DNA of 60,513 bases, filler included, from Piptocephalis cylindrospora (taxonomy: Eukaryota), in assembly GCA_003614145.1 (NCBI GenBank). It is 5 parts of 5 records of this genome, joined end to end, with 100 filler letters (N's around TTAATTAATTAA, not from the genome) between each part and the next. Parts side by side here need not be neighbours in the genome. Positions count along the whole stretch, not along the records: positions 24,341 to 36,369 come from KZ987984.1; positions 36,470 to 48,474 come from KZ987985.1; 3 more parts are not named here. The stretch is one strand, 5' to 3'. The notes under the pieces were generated by a model that was not told the DNA's origin, searched no databases, and saw only the letters and a program-made list of their open reading frames with translations. This document shows positions 31,668-45,800 of this stretch, piece after piece (the stretch's first letter is position 1; every line of letters begins with the position of its first letter). Both the position numbers and the translations under genes were made by a program.

Positions 31668-33972
31668 GAAGATATGTATATGGACGGGGAAAAAAGGATT
31701 GGGGAAGGAAAGGGGGGAGGAAGGGTGAATCAGAGAGCAGACGAGTGAATATATGGATAATTGAAGATGAAGTGAATGAAGAGCAGAAACTTCAAGACGC
31801 AGAAGGAAGCCAGTGAACCACAAGATTATGGATCAAAGAAGATGAATCTTCCACAGGGAAGGGGAAGAAGGGTAGGGGAAAGGGGATGAAGAGGGAAAGG
31901 GGATTCTTTCTGATGTGCTTGGCAAGGCTAACCTCAAGAAGGGGCCAATGGACACGCCCACAATGATGGAAAGGAGGGGAAAGGGGCAAGATCGAAGAGA
32001 CCCTAGGGGTGGACTTGTGCCGGACGACGATGAGGGATGAAGTGGGAGAGAGATGACAAGTCAGTCGAGTTGAGATGTAGTGTTTTGATGAGAGGGCACA
32101 ACCAGAGTGAAGGGTGGTCTGAAGGGGTCCAGGAAGAGGATAGTTCAAGAAAAGAGAGGCACAAAGACCCGAGAAGAGAGTCTGGAGAGATCCTAACAAG
32201 GAGGGAAAACAGACTAGGAGATCAAAAAAGGCTCAGAGATAGCGGGTAGGTAGGCGGAGGTGAAAGAGAGTCGGAAGGACCGCGAGAAGAGATGGAAGAG
32301 GGTTTCGGTGAAGTCTTTGAATAAAGAGGGAGTGATGGTGACGACGACTACGACAACAACAAAAACCGGAATTGGGATTCAACGAGAAGTTCAGATCAGC
32401 AGGGAAGGGACACACGGGCCAGAGGATGGCGACGACAAGGTTAAGATGGGGTGGTCTTGTCGGTGGAAAGCAAAGAAGACGATAGGGAAAGGAAGGGGAG
32501 ACGGGGGGAGGGAGTGGGGGGAAGATTGGATGGGTGAGCGGGTGGTTGTGGGTGGGTGGGCGGGGGCGGACGAGGTGTATGCTGAGAGAAACAGGGAAGG
32601 AAGAAAGAAAGAGGGGTAGGGACGAGGTGAGGGTGAGTTTGGGCTAGGGAAGCTGACGATGAAAGGTGCGTGTGTGTGTGCTTCTGTCTCGCTCTGTCTG
32701 CCCTCTACCTCCGTGTGTGTATCTGTGTCTGTGTGTACCCAGTATCAAGCTTGTGTCTTTGAGCGTGCGCCCTCAGTTGTGCCGGCTGGGCTGAAAATGG
32801 AAGATCCGTGGTAAGCCGCAGGCAGAAGTAGTAATTAGTAGTGGTAGGAAGAAGGCAATAGTAGATTAGGGCGGCAACAGGGTCATTACCACTTGGTCCT
32901 AACAGAGTATTGTTATTACGCTCTTCCCGTCTAACCAATTTGGTCTGAGTGGAAAGAGAGGGGGGGGGATGGAAGAGGAGGATGGAGTGTGTTTAAATGG
33001 GGGATGCGTATGCCTGCAGCGTGGTGTTGACGGAAAGGTTGTGGTGGTGTGGTAAGGGACATGGCGCGCACGCATTGTTAGTGCCAGCCTTCGTTCCGTT
33101 CCGTTGTGCATGTGTTGGCATAGATGTGATGGTTGGTGGGGTATTGGATGGTTGTGGGAGTGGAGCCTGGGAGATTGTCTGGGAGAATGCGTGTGTGGGT
33201 GTGAATCTTGCACTGTACAAATGTGGGGAAAAGAGAAAGAGGGAAGAGACGTGATGAACGGGAAAAAGGGGGTGGGGGGTTGGGAGGAAGACACTGTGAA
33301 ATAAGTATGGTATATGTCTGGAACACAAGGGTACTGTAGGAAACAAGTGTGCTACCCCCCACCCATCCCATTGAGAGATGGGATTCACACCCATCACACT
33401 CTCTCCCACCTCAAAGGCCTGCGGCATGATACCCCCTCCCCTCCTGGGAAGACCGGGGAGCAGATGGGCGTGACCCAGTATCACCAAGGCCTTCCATCCC
33501 GATGAGACCAGAAAAGTGTATCATCCGTACATAAACGCATCTCTCTTCAGATTAAGCGCCATATTATGCGGAAACAGCTACATCGCCCATACTTCTGCCG
33601 AACAGGACATGTATAAGGCTTCCTGACATTTTAACTCAAGGGGATAGCAGCAGCGCCATCACCGAGCCATCTCAGCATAGTGATATAGCATCGATGCATG
33701 AGCTGATCCCCTGCACGTTCTATCTCTCGATAAATAAGAGCAGCATGGAATGCATAGAAGGAGTACGCTTATTTCGTCGTCGAGACAGAAGGGGGGAAGT
33801 CACATATCCGCCTTTGTAAATATATATGCATTCTGAATAAATGAGTTTGCCTTCCCAAAGGTCAAGGTAAACTTACTACCTAAATACATCTTTTGTATTG
33901 GACCAACGCCCTCCCCACCATCCACTCCAAACCGCTATCCTACTCATTGGCCTTGAAAAAGGAAAAAGTAAC

Positions 33973-34054
33973 TGAAGAGAGTGGGATTCGAACCCACGCC
34001 TCCGAAGAGACCACGGCCTTAACGTGGCGCCTTAGACCGCTCGGCCATCTCTCC
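33973..34054 (-). tRNA. tRNA-Leu (AAG)
   Basis: Reverse complement GGAGAGATGGCCGAGCGGTCTAAGGCGCCACGTTAAGGCCGTGGTCTCTTCGGAGGCGTGGGTTCGAATCCCACTCTCTTCA, followed by a T-run terminator. Confidence 0.96.
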
Positions 34055-34241
34055 AATAGCTTTTGGTTTTTCATAGTTCATCATGAAGTAGCATACAATC
34101 GATAGCAAATGCGGAGCTGACACCTTGACAATGGAGAGTGAGGGTAAGGGTACATCGCTCAAGAATCAGGGCACTCTTTCCCTACCCCATCCTCCTCTAC
34201 TGTCATCTTGACTCTCTCTTATTTCTCCTTCATTCAGTAGG

Positions 34242-36071
34242 ATGCTCCCCATAGCCCGCTCCTTGAAGACGACGAGGACGACAACCGCAAATCTGGGCGG
34301 CTTCTACCCCCTTTTGCTCAAGCCTTACGTGTCATTGGCGTACAATCGACCTGAGGTCACCTCACCCCTCCCTTCTTCCATTGGGCCGGGACAAGTAGAG
34401 AGCACAGACCAAGATGAGGATGGGTTGGTAAAGGAGGTGGAGGAACCCGTGGATCCCAAGGTGGGCCGGACGCATGTGAGGCCTGACATTTCTTTGGAAG
34501 TCCTCAATGCAGGCCTGGGCTCTATGATCCTGGCACAGTTTCCCCAGGGCACTTCTCTACGCGTTCAACCTGGCGCTCTTGTAGCCCACTCCTCCACGGT
34601 AGGCCCGAGGGGTGTTGTGGGGAGGGGGCGGATCGTGAAATGTTACTATTGTTTATTAATACTCAAACCTTCTTGGAGACTAGACTCAACGAGCTCGCAT
34701 CCCATTTGGCCCTATAAGCACGGCAGTGATTGCTCGTCTCATCGGGGACCCATTCCTTCTTGATGAGGTACGTTTTCCTTTGAGGATGCTAGGGCATACA
34801 TAAAGACAGACCTGGGTTACTGACTTATGAATGGATGGACGGATAGATCAAGGTGGCCCCCCCTGCTTCTGTTTCTTCTAGCTCCGAGCCCGCCGTACAG
34901 GGTGACGCCCTGATTGCCCCTGCAAGGATGGGGGACGTGGCTTTGCTCTCTTTAGGAAGAGATATCACGGCTTCGGCCTCGGCTTTGTATGCCCGTCGAG
35001 GTACTATCCTAGCCCGTGGAGATGGTGTGGCGATCCGGGCCACCACCATGACCGGGAACCAGGTAGGGTATTTTGATGTCCATGGGTGAGTCAATCATCC
35101 CTCTTCTTACCCATCAAACGCTTCATTCACTGGATGCTTAGACTGGCCTAGGAGTTGGCTATCTCCTTCGTGGCACTGGGCCAGTTGTCCTTTCCGCCGA
35201 CGGAGGAATCTTTAGATTAACACTGAATCCTGGAGAGGTTTATCATGTGGATGCCAAGTGAGTGGTGTTTATTTTAGCGAACGAGGCAGGACATGGGCTG
35301 ACCAGGATCATGTGCTTCCCTCCATTTAATGTTTAGACGTCTTGTCGCCTGGGATTCGATGCTCCGTCCCCGGGCGAACAAGGAGGAATCCAAAGATCAG
35401 GTCTCACCATTAAAAGAGCCCCCGTCATGGGATAGCCTAGTGTCGCATTTATCATCGAAATCATCCTATCCAACCAAGGCTTTGTCTTATACCCGAGCCG
35501 GGTGGACTTGGATCATGGCCCATGGCCGATCCTACTGGGCATGGTGGCGTCAGCATTCGCTATTAAAACACCGGGTAAGTCTTGTGGACGGAACTGGGAT
35601 AACGGCGGAGGGGAGAGGGGGGGAGTGTTGAGCCTGTGCTTATTCCTTTCTTTCCCTATACCGGTAGCCTTTGTGTCGATTTGAGGGGCCTGGAGATATC
35701 TACCTTTCTTCTCGACTTCCTTCACATCCTTCCTTGATGCAAAGGTATGTTTTTGGTGCGAGGAAAAGGGCTTAAAAGGAATGTCGTGTGGTTTGGATGT
35801 CAGAAACTGTGTGTACAAAATTATTTAACTGTATATCCCTGATCCTGTCCGTAGATTCCGTTCCACCCCATCATCCACACTGAACCCTATGGCTCCATCT
35901 CCTGGAGTTTCCGCCCAGGCCAAGGTCTCATCTCTTTCCACCATCCCCACCCAAATATATCTCGCCTTTTTTTTACTCATTTTCCCCCCTCACCAGGCTT
36001 CAACAAGGTTGGTTTGGAGGAGGCGGGACCGAGGCTACCCTGCGTCAATCCCCTCCAGCCAGCCCGACTAG
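34242..36071 (+). CDS. AIM24: Mitochondrial AIM24-family protein, multi-exon; 3' end uncertain
   Basis: Presequence-like N-terminus; LRVQPGALVAHS, GDALIAP, LRGTGPVVLSADGGIFRLTLNPGEVYHVDAKRLVAWD, RFEGPGDIYLSSR. Confidence 0.78.
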
Positions 36072-36369
36072 TCCTCCTCATCTTAGGGGGGAGACTCGGT
36101 CTTAAGGTCTGGTTCCAAGGGGCCCTTTAGAGTGTTTCCTTTCTCACATGATTATCCTTGAATAAACGCTCATTCTCATCGGTCTCACTCTGACGTGAGT
36201 GGAATAGAGAGGGATAAGCAGGGGGGGGAGGGGAGGTGGGAGGGAGGGGGGGGGGAGGGGGGAAAATGAGAAAAAAAAAGGCGAGATATATTTGGGTGGG
36301 GATGGGGGAAAGCTCCATACAGACAAGGGGGGGGGTAAACGAATCACCCTAAACCCACCCAAACAAAAC

Positions 36370-36469
36370 NNNNNNNNNNNNNNNNNNNNNNNNNNNNNNN
36401 NNNNNNNNNNNNNTTAATTAATTAANNNNNNNNNNNNNNNNNNNNNNNNNNNNNNNNNNNNNNNNNNNN
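36370..36469. other. Artificial contig linker
   Basis: N44-TTAATTAATTAA-N44. Confidence 0.98.
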
Positions 36470-36484
36470 AGTGAGCGAGGGGAC

Positions 36485-36487
<3 letters not shown>

Positions 36488-36541
<54 letters not shown>

Positions 36542-36554
36542 GTATATGTGTGTG
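36488..36554. repeat. (GT)n microsatellite near contig start
   Basis: Long GT run. Confidence 0.95.
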
Positions 36555-37080
36555 CACTAGATTTTTGTGGTGAGGGAGGCTCGGGGTTCGGCAATGAGCT
36601 GGCTGTGCTATGTGAAAGATGGGTTGGTTATTGGGTGATGGAGGGGGTGAGGAGGAGGACAGGGCACAGGGTGGAGGTGTGCACATAAAAGTCGAGGCCG
36701 AGACAAGAGGCAAATGCGTGTCTGCACATCAATACTCGGAGAAACATACCAATGTGGATGAGCTGCCAGTGCGCATACAGAGAGGGATCAAGCAAACAGA
36801 GAAGGGCTAACACGTCTACCAGACATAACTGACACACAAGCTTAACCAACCAACCAACCATAACTTACACAATGGGAAATGTCTTGGATGAGGCGAAATG
36901 GGGATAGCCCGAGTTCAGACAAATGGCGGCAAAGACCTCAAAAAGCCATTGCAGTACTTACGATGACTTCTGCCAGCTACACTGTGGTCAATTCAATCAA
37001 GGCACAAAACTGGACTGCAAGTTTCATTCTCTCATGGTAAATCACGTTCATCCCCCATCGCGTCCGTCCATCCTATTTTC

Positions 37081-38682
37081 TCACTCATTCGTGATGGATT
37101 CACTCGAGAGGGACTTGTCCTCTATAGGTTCTCCCGAGGCGGGTTTATCCTCGGTAGATTCATCAGAGGTAGGTTCATCAGAAGTGGAATCATCCAAGGC
37201 GGAGTCATTTAAGGTCGAGTCATCCGAGGGGGCAGTGGAGGAAGCCGTGGTGATAATAGTCTTGGGGGTGGTGGCGGCCATAGCGTCGCCAGAAGACAAT
37301 CGATTCTTCCTTAGCTGCTTAAACCGACCCACAGCCTTGACCACTGTGACAAATCCTCGAATCCTGCACACAGCATTCCGAACCTCATCCTCTGTCACCT
37401 CGACTACAGCATGCTTCAGATTCTCCCCGCGCGTCATCAGGTGCTCATCCGCCGTCCTGCGGACCCAAGGGTGTTCCTATGAAATGGTGGGGGGTGAGTA
37501 CTGTGCTGTTGATATACCAAATTCTCGCTTCATCCGTGCAAGTGTCATTCTTACCCGAAGACATGTCATTTTGATCCGCATATCAGGATCCTTACTCAAA
37601 AGCTGAAGAAGGAGATGGTGGAGGTCTGGGTTGGTGCCCTCGGGGATCTCGGGGGAGGCTTCCTTGATCGAGGTATAGACATCCAGGATGCTTTCCCCGG
37701 TGAAGGGAAGGCACCCAAAACACATGCAATAAAGGACCACCCCCATGGACCAAATGTCGCACGCCCTACCCGAGATATATGGACGATCTCCGTTTATAAG
37801 CTCGGGGGACATGAAGGCCGGAGATCCAGCCGATGTCTTGATCTGGTCATTTCCCGAGGTAAACATGGATGACACGCCAAAATCAACAATTTTCAGGGTG
37901 TTGTCCCGACTGAGAAGGAGGTTCTCTGGCTTGATGTCGCGATGAATCACCCCACTTTCATGCAGATACTCCATACCGAGGATCAGCTGACTGAAGTATT
38001 TCCTGCATTGCTGCTCCGGCAGAGGTTCGGTCTTCCCCGTGGACTGGATATCGATGATGGACCCATTCTCGCAAAGGTCAAATACCATGAATAGCGAATC
38101 TTGATCAGGATCATCGAGCACCTCCCAGAGACGCACTACATTGGGATGATGCAACTTTTTGTAGATGGCCAGTTCCCCTCGGATTAAATAGAGCGGGCTC
38201 TCTGGATCATCCTGGGCGAGTCGGGGTTGTCGGGGCTCGGGTGTCATGCCTCCCTCCTCCCCTGGGGAGCTAGGTTCAGGTGGGGAAGAAGGAGGAGGTC
38301 CACGTATCCCTCTACCCCTTCCCCTACCCCTTCCTCTCCCTGGCCCATACGGCGAGTTTTGGGACCGTAGCATATCAGCTTGGCTTTTCTTTCGTAGCCT
38401 AGACTTGCTAAACTCTTTGATGGCCTAGCGTTGGAAAGATGAAAAGACGGAGGCTCGTGAGCGGGGCTGGGTGTCCAGATGGCACTAGAGGGAAAGGCTA
38501 GATCATTGTTCCCCTTTCATACTTACATACTCCTGTCCTGTGGTCGTGTCAGTCGCTTTGGACACCACCCCATATGCACCTCGGCCAAGGACATCATCAA
38601 TGGCGTATTGGTTAAGACGGGTATTACCGTCGTCTGACTCGATAAAGTGAGCTCCTAAGGTTTCTTTAACTGAGTTGGTCAT
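37081..38682 (-). CDS. CaMKK/Ssp1/Sak1-family Ser/Thr protein kinase (exons 38682-38527, 38424-37555, 37476-37081)
   Basis: LNQYAIDDVLGRGAYGVV, AIKEFSKSRL, ELAIYKKLHHPNVVRLWEVLDDP, HRDIKPENLL, DFGVS, GSPAFMSPE, DIWSMGV, EHPWV; CaMKK-like tail VEVTEDEVRNAV. Confidence 0.94.
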
Positions 38683-39210
38683 TTAAGGGGGGAAGGAAAT
38701 GATTGAAAGGAAAAGCGACCGCTTGAGAAGAGAAGTGTAGACTGGCGACGGACCAAGCGCGCCTCATGACCTCTCAAGTATGGAAGAGACGTCGAAAGGA
38801 GAGGGGAGGGTCGTCTCCTGCCCCTCCAGGTAATGGCTCTAGGGCTGGAGAGAGAACGGCGTGTGTGTGCACGGTATTCCAGTTCCTGTATCAGCCAATC
38901 TGATACATTTCTAAACCATGGCCACCTACTGAAACCCAGTAAACCCATTACCCAGTAGTGTCACCACTGATATGTCCATAAAGAGCTGGTTAAGCAGATA
39001 AGGTTAACTTGTCTACTTTGACACTGTAAGTCTAAATGGCCCAGTATGGACAGTTAGCCCATCATATTGTGCCCTACACTTAAAAACCATCATCGGCATG
39101 CGATGGCGAAAGGGTATCCGCGGGAAGGAAAGAGAAAAGCATATATTCAGTCTCATCCATGCTAAAAAGTAACGTTGATGAATGCTATCTACTGCTTTAT
39201 TATCACTTGC

Positions 39211-39272
39211 TGTGTTCGGATGCCCATCCGCCTACCCCCACTGGGGAAAATAAAATGGGTTTATCATCATCA
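39211..39272 (+). mobile_element. (ATC)n-tail family insert (62 bp) with near-perfect 10-bp TSD
   Basis: TGTGTTCGGATGCCCATCCGCCTACCCCCACTGGGGAAAATAAAATGGGTTTATCATCATCA flanked by TATCACTTGC (39201-39210) and TATCACTCGC (39273-39282). Confidence 0.72.
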
Positions 39273-39869
39273 TATCACTCGCTTACCCGGCGTCCATGAG
39301 CAATCTTGATCCACTAGGATAGTCTGACTGCACATCTCATCAATCAAGGCACCTACTCTCCTTGGGATATTCATATGTCCATTCCCTCCTCTTTTCCCCC
39401 CTGTAGTTTTGATCAATCTCGTTTCTCAAATTCATCATCCTACCTTCCTAATCAGTCCATCACCCTTCTTGATATCTCCCCCTACTGTGTGGTACCCTCG
39501 CGCCCACTATGCAATGGCTCACACACCCCAGCATCACCAAACCGCACAAAGTCTCTTCAAACTCCCAAGGCGTGTGGTGGTGTCGGTCCTTTGATGCCTC
39601 CCCACAGATCAACCGCTTGTGTTTTGATGGTGTAAAAAGCGGCGCGCACCATTCGCCTACCCCATCTATCCGCCTTGTTCTTTCTCTCTCCCTCTTCCAT
39701 CCGCCCAGATCTGATCGGACGCTGCATCCTTGCAATCCCCATTCCCCGATCCCATCCCTTCCTTGCCTTTTCACCTTCCCTCCACCTTGGGTCCTCAGTG
39801 TCGATCTGAAAGCTTCAGTCGCTCATTTCGCCTGTTTCCACACATACCCTTCTGGACTAGGCTATCATC

Positions 39870-42800
39870 ATGGCCAAATCCTCCCCGAAACGACCGGGCT
39901 CCCCCGTCTTGTCGGATACCGACTTGGAGCTGGTTCGGCGGCAGGAGGAGGCTCCAGTTAGATTGTATGTCTCCCTCTCCTCCCTCTCCCCTGCATCTTT
40001 ATCTCCCCACTCACTCCCCGTTACCCTCGTCTTTTCCATAGATTGCGATTACTGACCGACAGTTTATCCAAAGCTATTCCAGATCTCGTTTGCACTAGAC
40101 CCATCACCGAACTCATCTACGCCGTATGCCAGGGGCGTATCCCCGATCATCGGGTCATCGTCCTTTTACGTACCGCTTTACACAAGGTCCACTTGGACAC
40201 CAAGGCTTCCGAGACCATTGTTCTGGATGAACCTTATTTTGGCGCCCCCGGAACCGCAGATCATACAGATGCATCTCCATCCTCAGCCACTCCAGCGGCC
40301 AGCACCCCACCTACATCATCTAGCGCCTCGGGCGCCACCACTCCCTCTCATCCTCCCTCCGAATCATCTGCCGTCTCAGATACCGCTTCACCTAATCATT
40401 CTGGAAATTCCTCAGACCCCCCCCTCCATGACGCTTCCCTCCAGCTCCCAGACATTTTTGTCGATGTTCTTTGGGTCGTAGAGTCCGATTATCAAACACG
40501 CCTCGACCGTGAATCCACTAAATCGTCCGATTCTTCTCCTTCATCGCCATCCCATTCTGGCTCTGGCACCTCCGATGGCATCGCTCGATTACGTCGTTTC
40601 ATCCACCTCCTCGTTCAGTCTGGCCTTGTTCCCAGTGATGTCATCCTCGAGCGGCTCGATATTGAGACGAGCGGCGCCATTGGCATTCTGCAAGATGGGG
40701 GTGGCGCTTTTAAACGCCGTGTCAAGCAAGTCATGACCACACTCAAGTAAGCTCCTTTCCTTTCATCCCCCTCTTTTCTCCTCTTATCTATTCCCCCCCC
40801 TCCCCTCCAGCTATCGACAAAACAAGTTCAACTTACTCCGTGAGGAGAATGAAGGATACGCCAAGTTGGTTGTCGAGCTTACCACCGAATTGGTCTCCTT
40901 TCATGACCAGGGTTCTTCCATGGAGGAAGTCCGGATTCGGGAGTGTTTATCCCGTGTCTCTGCCCTCATTGGTTACTTTGACCTTGATCCCAACCGTGTG
41001 CTCGATATCTTTCTCGACTCTCTCACCACCTCTGTCCCCCTCCACACCCATTACTTTATCCGTCTCTTCGAGGCCTCCCCCTGGGCCCTTCCTATCAATG
41101 AGGAAGGTCACGAACAAAGGTCTACCCTATCTCAGCTGCTAGGCCAGAAATTCCTTCAATTTCTTCCCAGAAAAGTAAGCACTAATAGCGTACTTTCTTC
41201 TCTAGCCCCCCTTACTTATACCCTCCTCCTTCTCATCTCTCTTTGTAGAAGGTGCCCTCAAGTTTGATATTCGTCGCTGCCATCCTCATCCGACGAGGAC
41301 ACCTTTCCCTTGCTTCCCTCTTTCCCTACCTATCTACCAAAGAAGGGGAGAGGGATGAGGTGACTGACGGCGTCAATACCCACCTCGCCTATATGAAGCG
41401 CACTCTTTTATCTGCAGAACACAATGCCTTGGCTGTACGTTTCTCCTCTCCCTTTCTCCTCTATTCATTATGTTCTCCCTATTCAGCCCTTCCCGTCCCT
41501 GCCCTATAGAGTGCAAAGCCTCTGGTGGATGATTCAGCTTCGTCCATATCCACCCGTGGTGGAACCATGACCCCATCCATCTCCTCTTCGGACTCCTCCA
41601 AGGCGGCCTTTGGCGCTGCGGGAGACCAAGCGTCCGACAAGCAAAAGAAGGAAGGAGAAGAGAGTACTGAATCCGGCCCACCCCCAACCCTTGCTCGTCT
41701 CCTCAGTGCCCTCCTGGCCGTCGGGGGCATTAAAGATGGGGAGACTCTCATGGACACTCTGCCTCATTATCCCTTCCTCTATGGTGATTGCGCAGATGCT
41801 GTTAATCGCTTCCTTCATATCATGATCGAAGATGTCTGGGCCCCCTTTCGACCCTCCTGCTGCTCCAAGCCTCCGTCTACTGGCCCCCAGGAATCCTCTA
41901 GGAGGATTCAGCCCACTTCGGAAATGGAAGCTGCTGGTACTGATGAGATTTTTTTCTATTCAGATTGGTCTCAGGGCATTCCCCGAGCCCAGGACCTTTC
42001 CCAGGTTGTTCCTCTCATTGAACCATGGCTTCGCCGCATTGGTCATCAGCTTGGCCGTAGTGCTCCACTATTCATCAAGTTGTGCAGGCTTGGTACCAAA
42101 GCTCTAACGCAGCAGGATATTACTGTAAGTGGCTCATCTGCGTTTATTTTAGGAAATATAGGAGAGAGGGCGACTTGAGCAAATTCATGCTCATAACCAA
42201 TATCACACTTTCCTTCATATCCAGGACGAGGATAAAGAGGCCTGGATCACCCTAGCCCGCTCATTCCTCTTCCCGGCTCTATGCATGAACACAGGCCTGG
42301 CAGGACCGGCCGAGGCCCTCTATGATATGCTTGCCACCCAGCCCCTTGACGTCCGCGCCTCCCTGTATGCCGACTGGGAATCCCGAGTAAGAGAACCCCG
42401 ATATCCGGGTCTTGCCATCCAAAGGGCTTGGCAATCCCGGAAAATCAACCGCTTTCTCCGGGGCATGACCTCGGAGGAGGGGAAGGGTGGAGCTCGTCGG
42501 GCTGCTTGGGCTCTCAACTCCGCCCCCACTACTTTTTTTGTTCAGGCCTTGCAACAGGCCTTTGAATTCCCCAATCTTGTTCCTCTCATGGTGGAAGCCT
42601 GCAAAAACGGTTCATCTCTCTCCAAGGACATCCTTCTTCACACCCTCCTATCCCTTATTGCCGATCGGGCCGGAGGCCGAAGACTCGAAAAAGAGGATGG
42701 ACGGAGTAGAGCTACTTGGTTGGCGGCCTTGGGTACCTTTGTGGGCCTCGTTGCTAGAAAGCACTGGGCGTCTGTATCCTTGGGACCGGTTTGGCAGGCC

Positions 42801-45800
42801 GTGGCCGTTAATCTTTCCCAAGGAACTCCCCAGTACCTTCATCTCCTTCAATCAGCTATCACTGAGGTGTCTGGGGTAGAAGCTCCTCCCGTCCTTCTTA
42901 CCCCTCTGCAACTGGCCTGTCTCGGCGGGAGTGATACCTTACGTCGACAATCCCTCATTGTTCTTGTAGACCCGGCCATTGGGGATAGCCGGGCTGGGAC
43001 CGGGGGACCACCTCTTGGTGGGAGGCCCAGAAAGGCTGCCACCCATCTTCTTCGGGTCCTAGTTGAGGAGGGACTCGTCCCTGTTCTACTCAGTTTAGTG
43101 GATCATGAGCGGCGCAGGATCCCATACGCGGACGAAGGAGAAGGCTCGGACGAGGAGGGGGGCATGGTGACCGAATTGGTCCGAGTCAGTTACCTACGGG
43201 ACTGGATGGCTGAAATTCAGGGTCAGCTGGGAGAGTTTGTCCATTTAGTTGGAGATATCCCGGTAAATTCAGAGGATGAGATAACATCCACCACAGCTGA
43301 GACAGCCTCCACCATCACCACCCCCTCCTCCTTGCACGACGCCCTTATTCCTCTCTCCCTCTCTACCCTATGTGGTGAATGGGGACTGAGTGTGGAGGGA
43401 GGCTGGATGCTCCTGAGGAGGAGAGTTGAATCGATGGTGTGGGCTGAGGAGGAAGAGGTCCATAAAAAAGTAGAAGGGGCTAAGAAGGCCAAGATGGATT
43501 CCAAGAACAAGGAGGAGTCAGAGTCCAAGGATGAGGATCGAATGGAGGTGGATGGCCCTCTTTTCCCTTACCTTCCTTGCTTAGCGGAGGCGATGGATAC
43601 CTCCTTGAATCTCCACCTTACCCCCGAGGTGTCTCTGGATCTTAGCCCAGGTTTCTTTGTCACCTTTTGGCAATTGAGCCTTCGGGATCTCGAAGTTCCC
43701 GGACAAGCTTATAAAGGTATTCGGGATAAGCTTTCCCGCAGGATTGGACAATTGGGTCGGCCCGGACTCTCTGGGTCCATGGGGTCCAGCCAAGCCCGGC
43801 AATCGGATCGGGAAATGGACCGGTTGGCCCGACTCATCGATGATCTTGCCCAAGATGAGGAGATCCAGGGTGGGAGAGTCCGGGCTACAGGCTCACGCCT
43901 AGCCCGGGAATCCAGGGCCTGGTTTACTTCTCCTGGGGCCCAGGCTAGTCGAGTGGCTGAACGTATCCTTCAACACTGTATCCGCCCCCGTATCTTTTGG
44001 GGACCTGGGGATGCCCGGTACTGCGCGGCTCTTCTCTGGAGAATCCACGCCCTTGGGACCCCAGGGTTCAGTACGGTCCTGGTCCTGGATAATATCTTCC
44101 AGAACGCCCTGGTTCATTGGATGACCGGGACCACCGAGGGTGAGGCTATCTCCCTTGGTGTCTTCCTCGATACTCTCCTCTCCCGTCTGGATCGATGGCA
44201 CGGGAATAAGGCAGCGTATGATGCTGAAGCCATTGGTCCTGGAGTTCTTGGGTTTAGGGCTAATTTCCACGTAGATGTGCCCATGAAACATGGAGAGTTC
44301 CGGAAACTGCTATACAAATGGCACTTTCGCTTTTCTTGCTTCGTCGTCCAGGCCATCGAGTCCGATGATCCTTTGCAGATCAAGTCGGCTATTCACATTC
44401 TCCGCGCCGTCTCCTCCCTTTTCCCCCGAGTGGAGGAGGTAGCTGGGAGGATTCAAGGGATGGTGGAGTCCTTCCTTCAACGAGAACGGGCCAAGCCCCT
44501 CGGAGAACGTCGACAGGACCTAATCGTTGCCATGGATGGGTACCTTGGGTCACTTAAGGTCTCCCGGGAGCGATGGATCTCTGTAAGACAGTTTAGTGGA
44601 ATGATTCTTTCTGGGCCTCAGGTCAAGGAGGATACTCCAGGGACTAAGGGTGCTGAAGGGAAGGGAAGGGGATCGGGAAGGAAAGAGGAAGGGAGAAGAG
44701 ACGATGTGAGAAAGGAGGAGGGTGAGGTGACCTCTCATCCCATACGTACCACAGCAAATGGTGATAGGTCTCGAGATATGCCCGCAAAGAGCGGGGGAGG
44801 TCATCGTGGGGAAATGGGCGGTGGGGAGAGGCCAGTTGGAAGGATACCTACTGGCCCTTCCTCTTCCAAAGCCACTGCCCCATCGTCCGCTTCAGCCGCT
44901 CCTAACAATCGTCCTGCCCCTCGAGCTGGGGAAGGGAAGAAAGATCTGAATGCCTTGATTGCCGAAAGAACTGCGGCACTCGAGGCAGAGAAGCGCAGAA
45001 AGAAGGATAATGGGAGAGAAGCCGGACCCGGAGGGAGTGTCAGCGGAGGAAGTAGACCGCCTGATCGATCACGGGATAGTGGAAACGGTCGTGACCGACC
45101 GAGGGAGCGAGAAAGGGAGCGAGAGCGTGGAAGAGACCGGGTAAGAGATCGAGATCGAGGTCGACGCTCTCGAGGGTCCACTCGAGATAGGGAGATGGAA
45201 GATGGTCGAGGGGGAGATTCAGGAAGGGGCAATGGAGGCTCGGCAGGCTTTGATGAGACGGTTACAGGAGGAGCGTCCCGGAAACGCGAAAGACCTGATG
45301 ACCGATCTAAGATGCCCTTGAATGGTGGGGCCCAAGGTGATTCGCCGCCCGGTCATACCGCAGCGCCTTCCCCTCATCTCAATGTGCCCACTGCCCCTGC
45401 TCGGGTAGATCCTCGACATAATGGTCCGGCAAGAGGAGGCCAAGGGCTCAAAAGGCCAAGGTTAGATGAGCCTGCTTTATCCAGACCCCGGTCTTCCCTT
45501 CCCGCCATCACATCTTCATCCGTATCTGCCCCGTCTATCCCGGATCACCCGGGTGGATCATCCAGTCAAGATCGAGATTGGCAGCATAGAAGACAACTGG
45601 ATTCGAGGAGCGGTGGGCGTCCAGGCCAGGATACTCGAGAGGATACTCGGCGCAGTATGAGAGGAGGAGGTAGTGGTGGACGTTCAGTACATGAGGCCAG
45701 AGGAGGCCATCGTGTAGATCCATCCATGCGCGGAACCGGACGACCCTCCATGGATGCTAGACAATCGGTCAGTCACTTCATTTACCCTTTTTTATACTTT

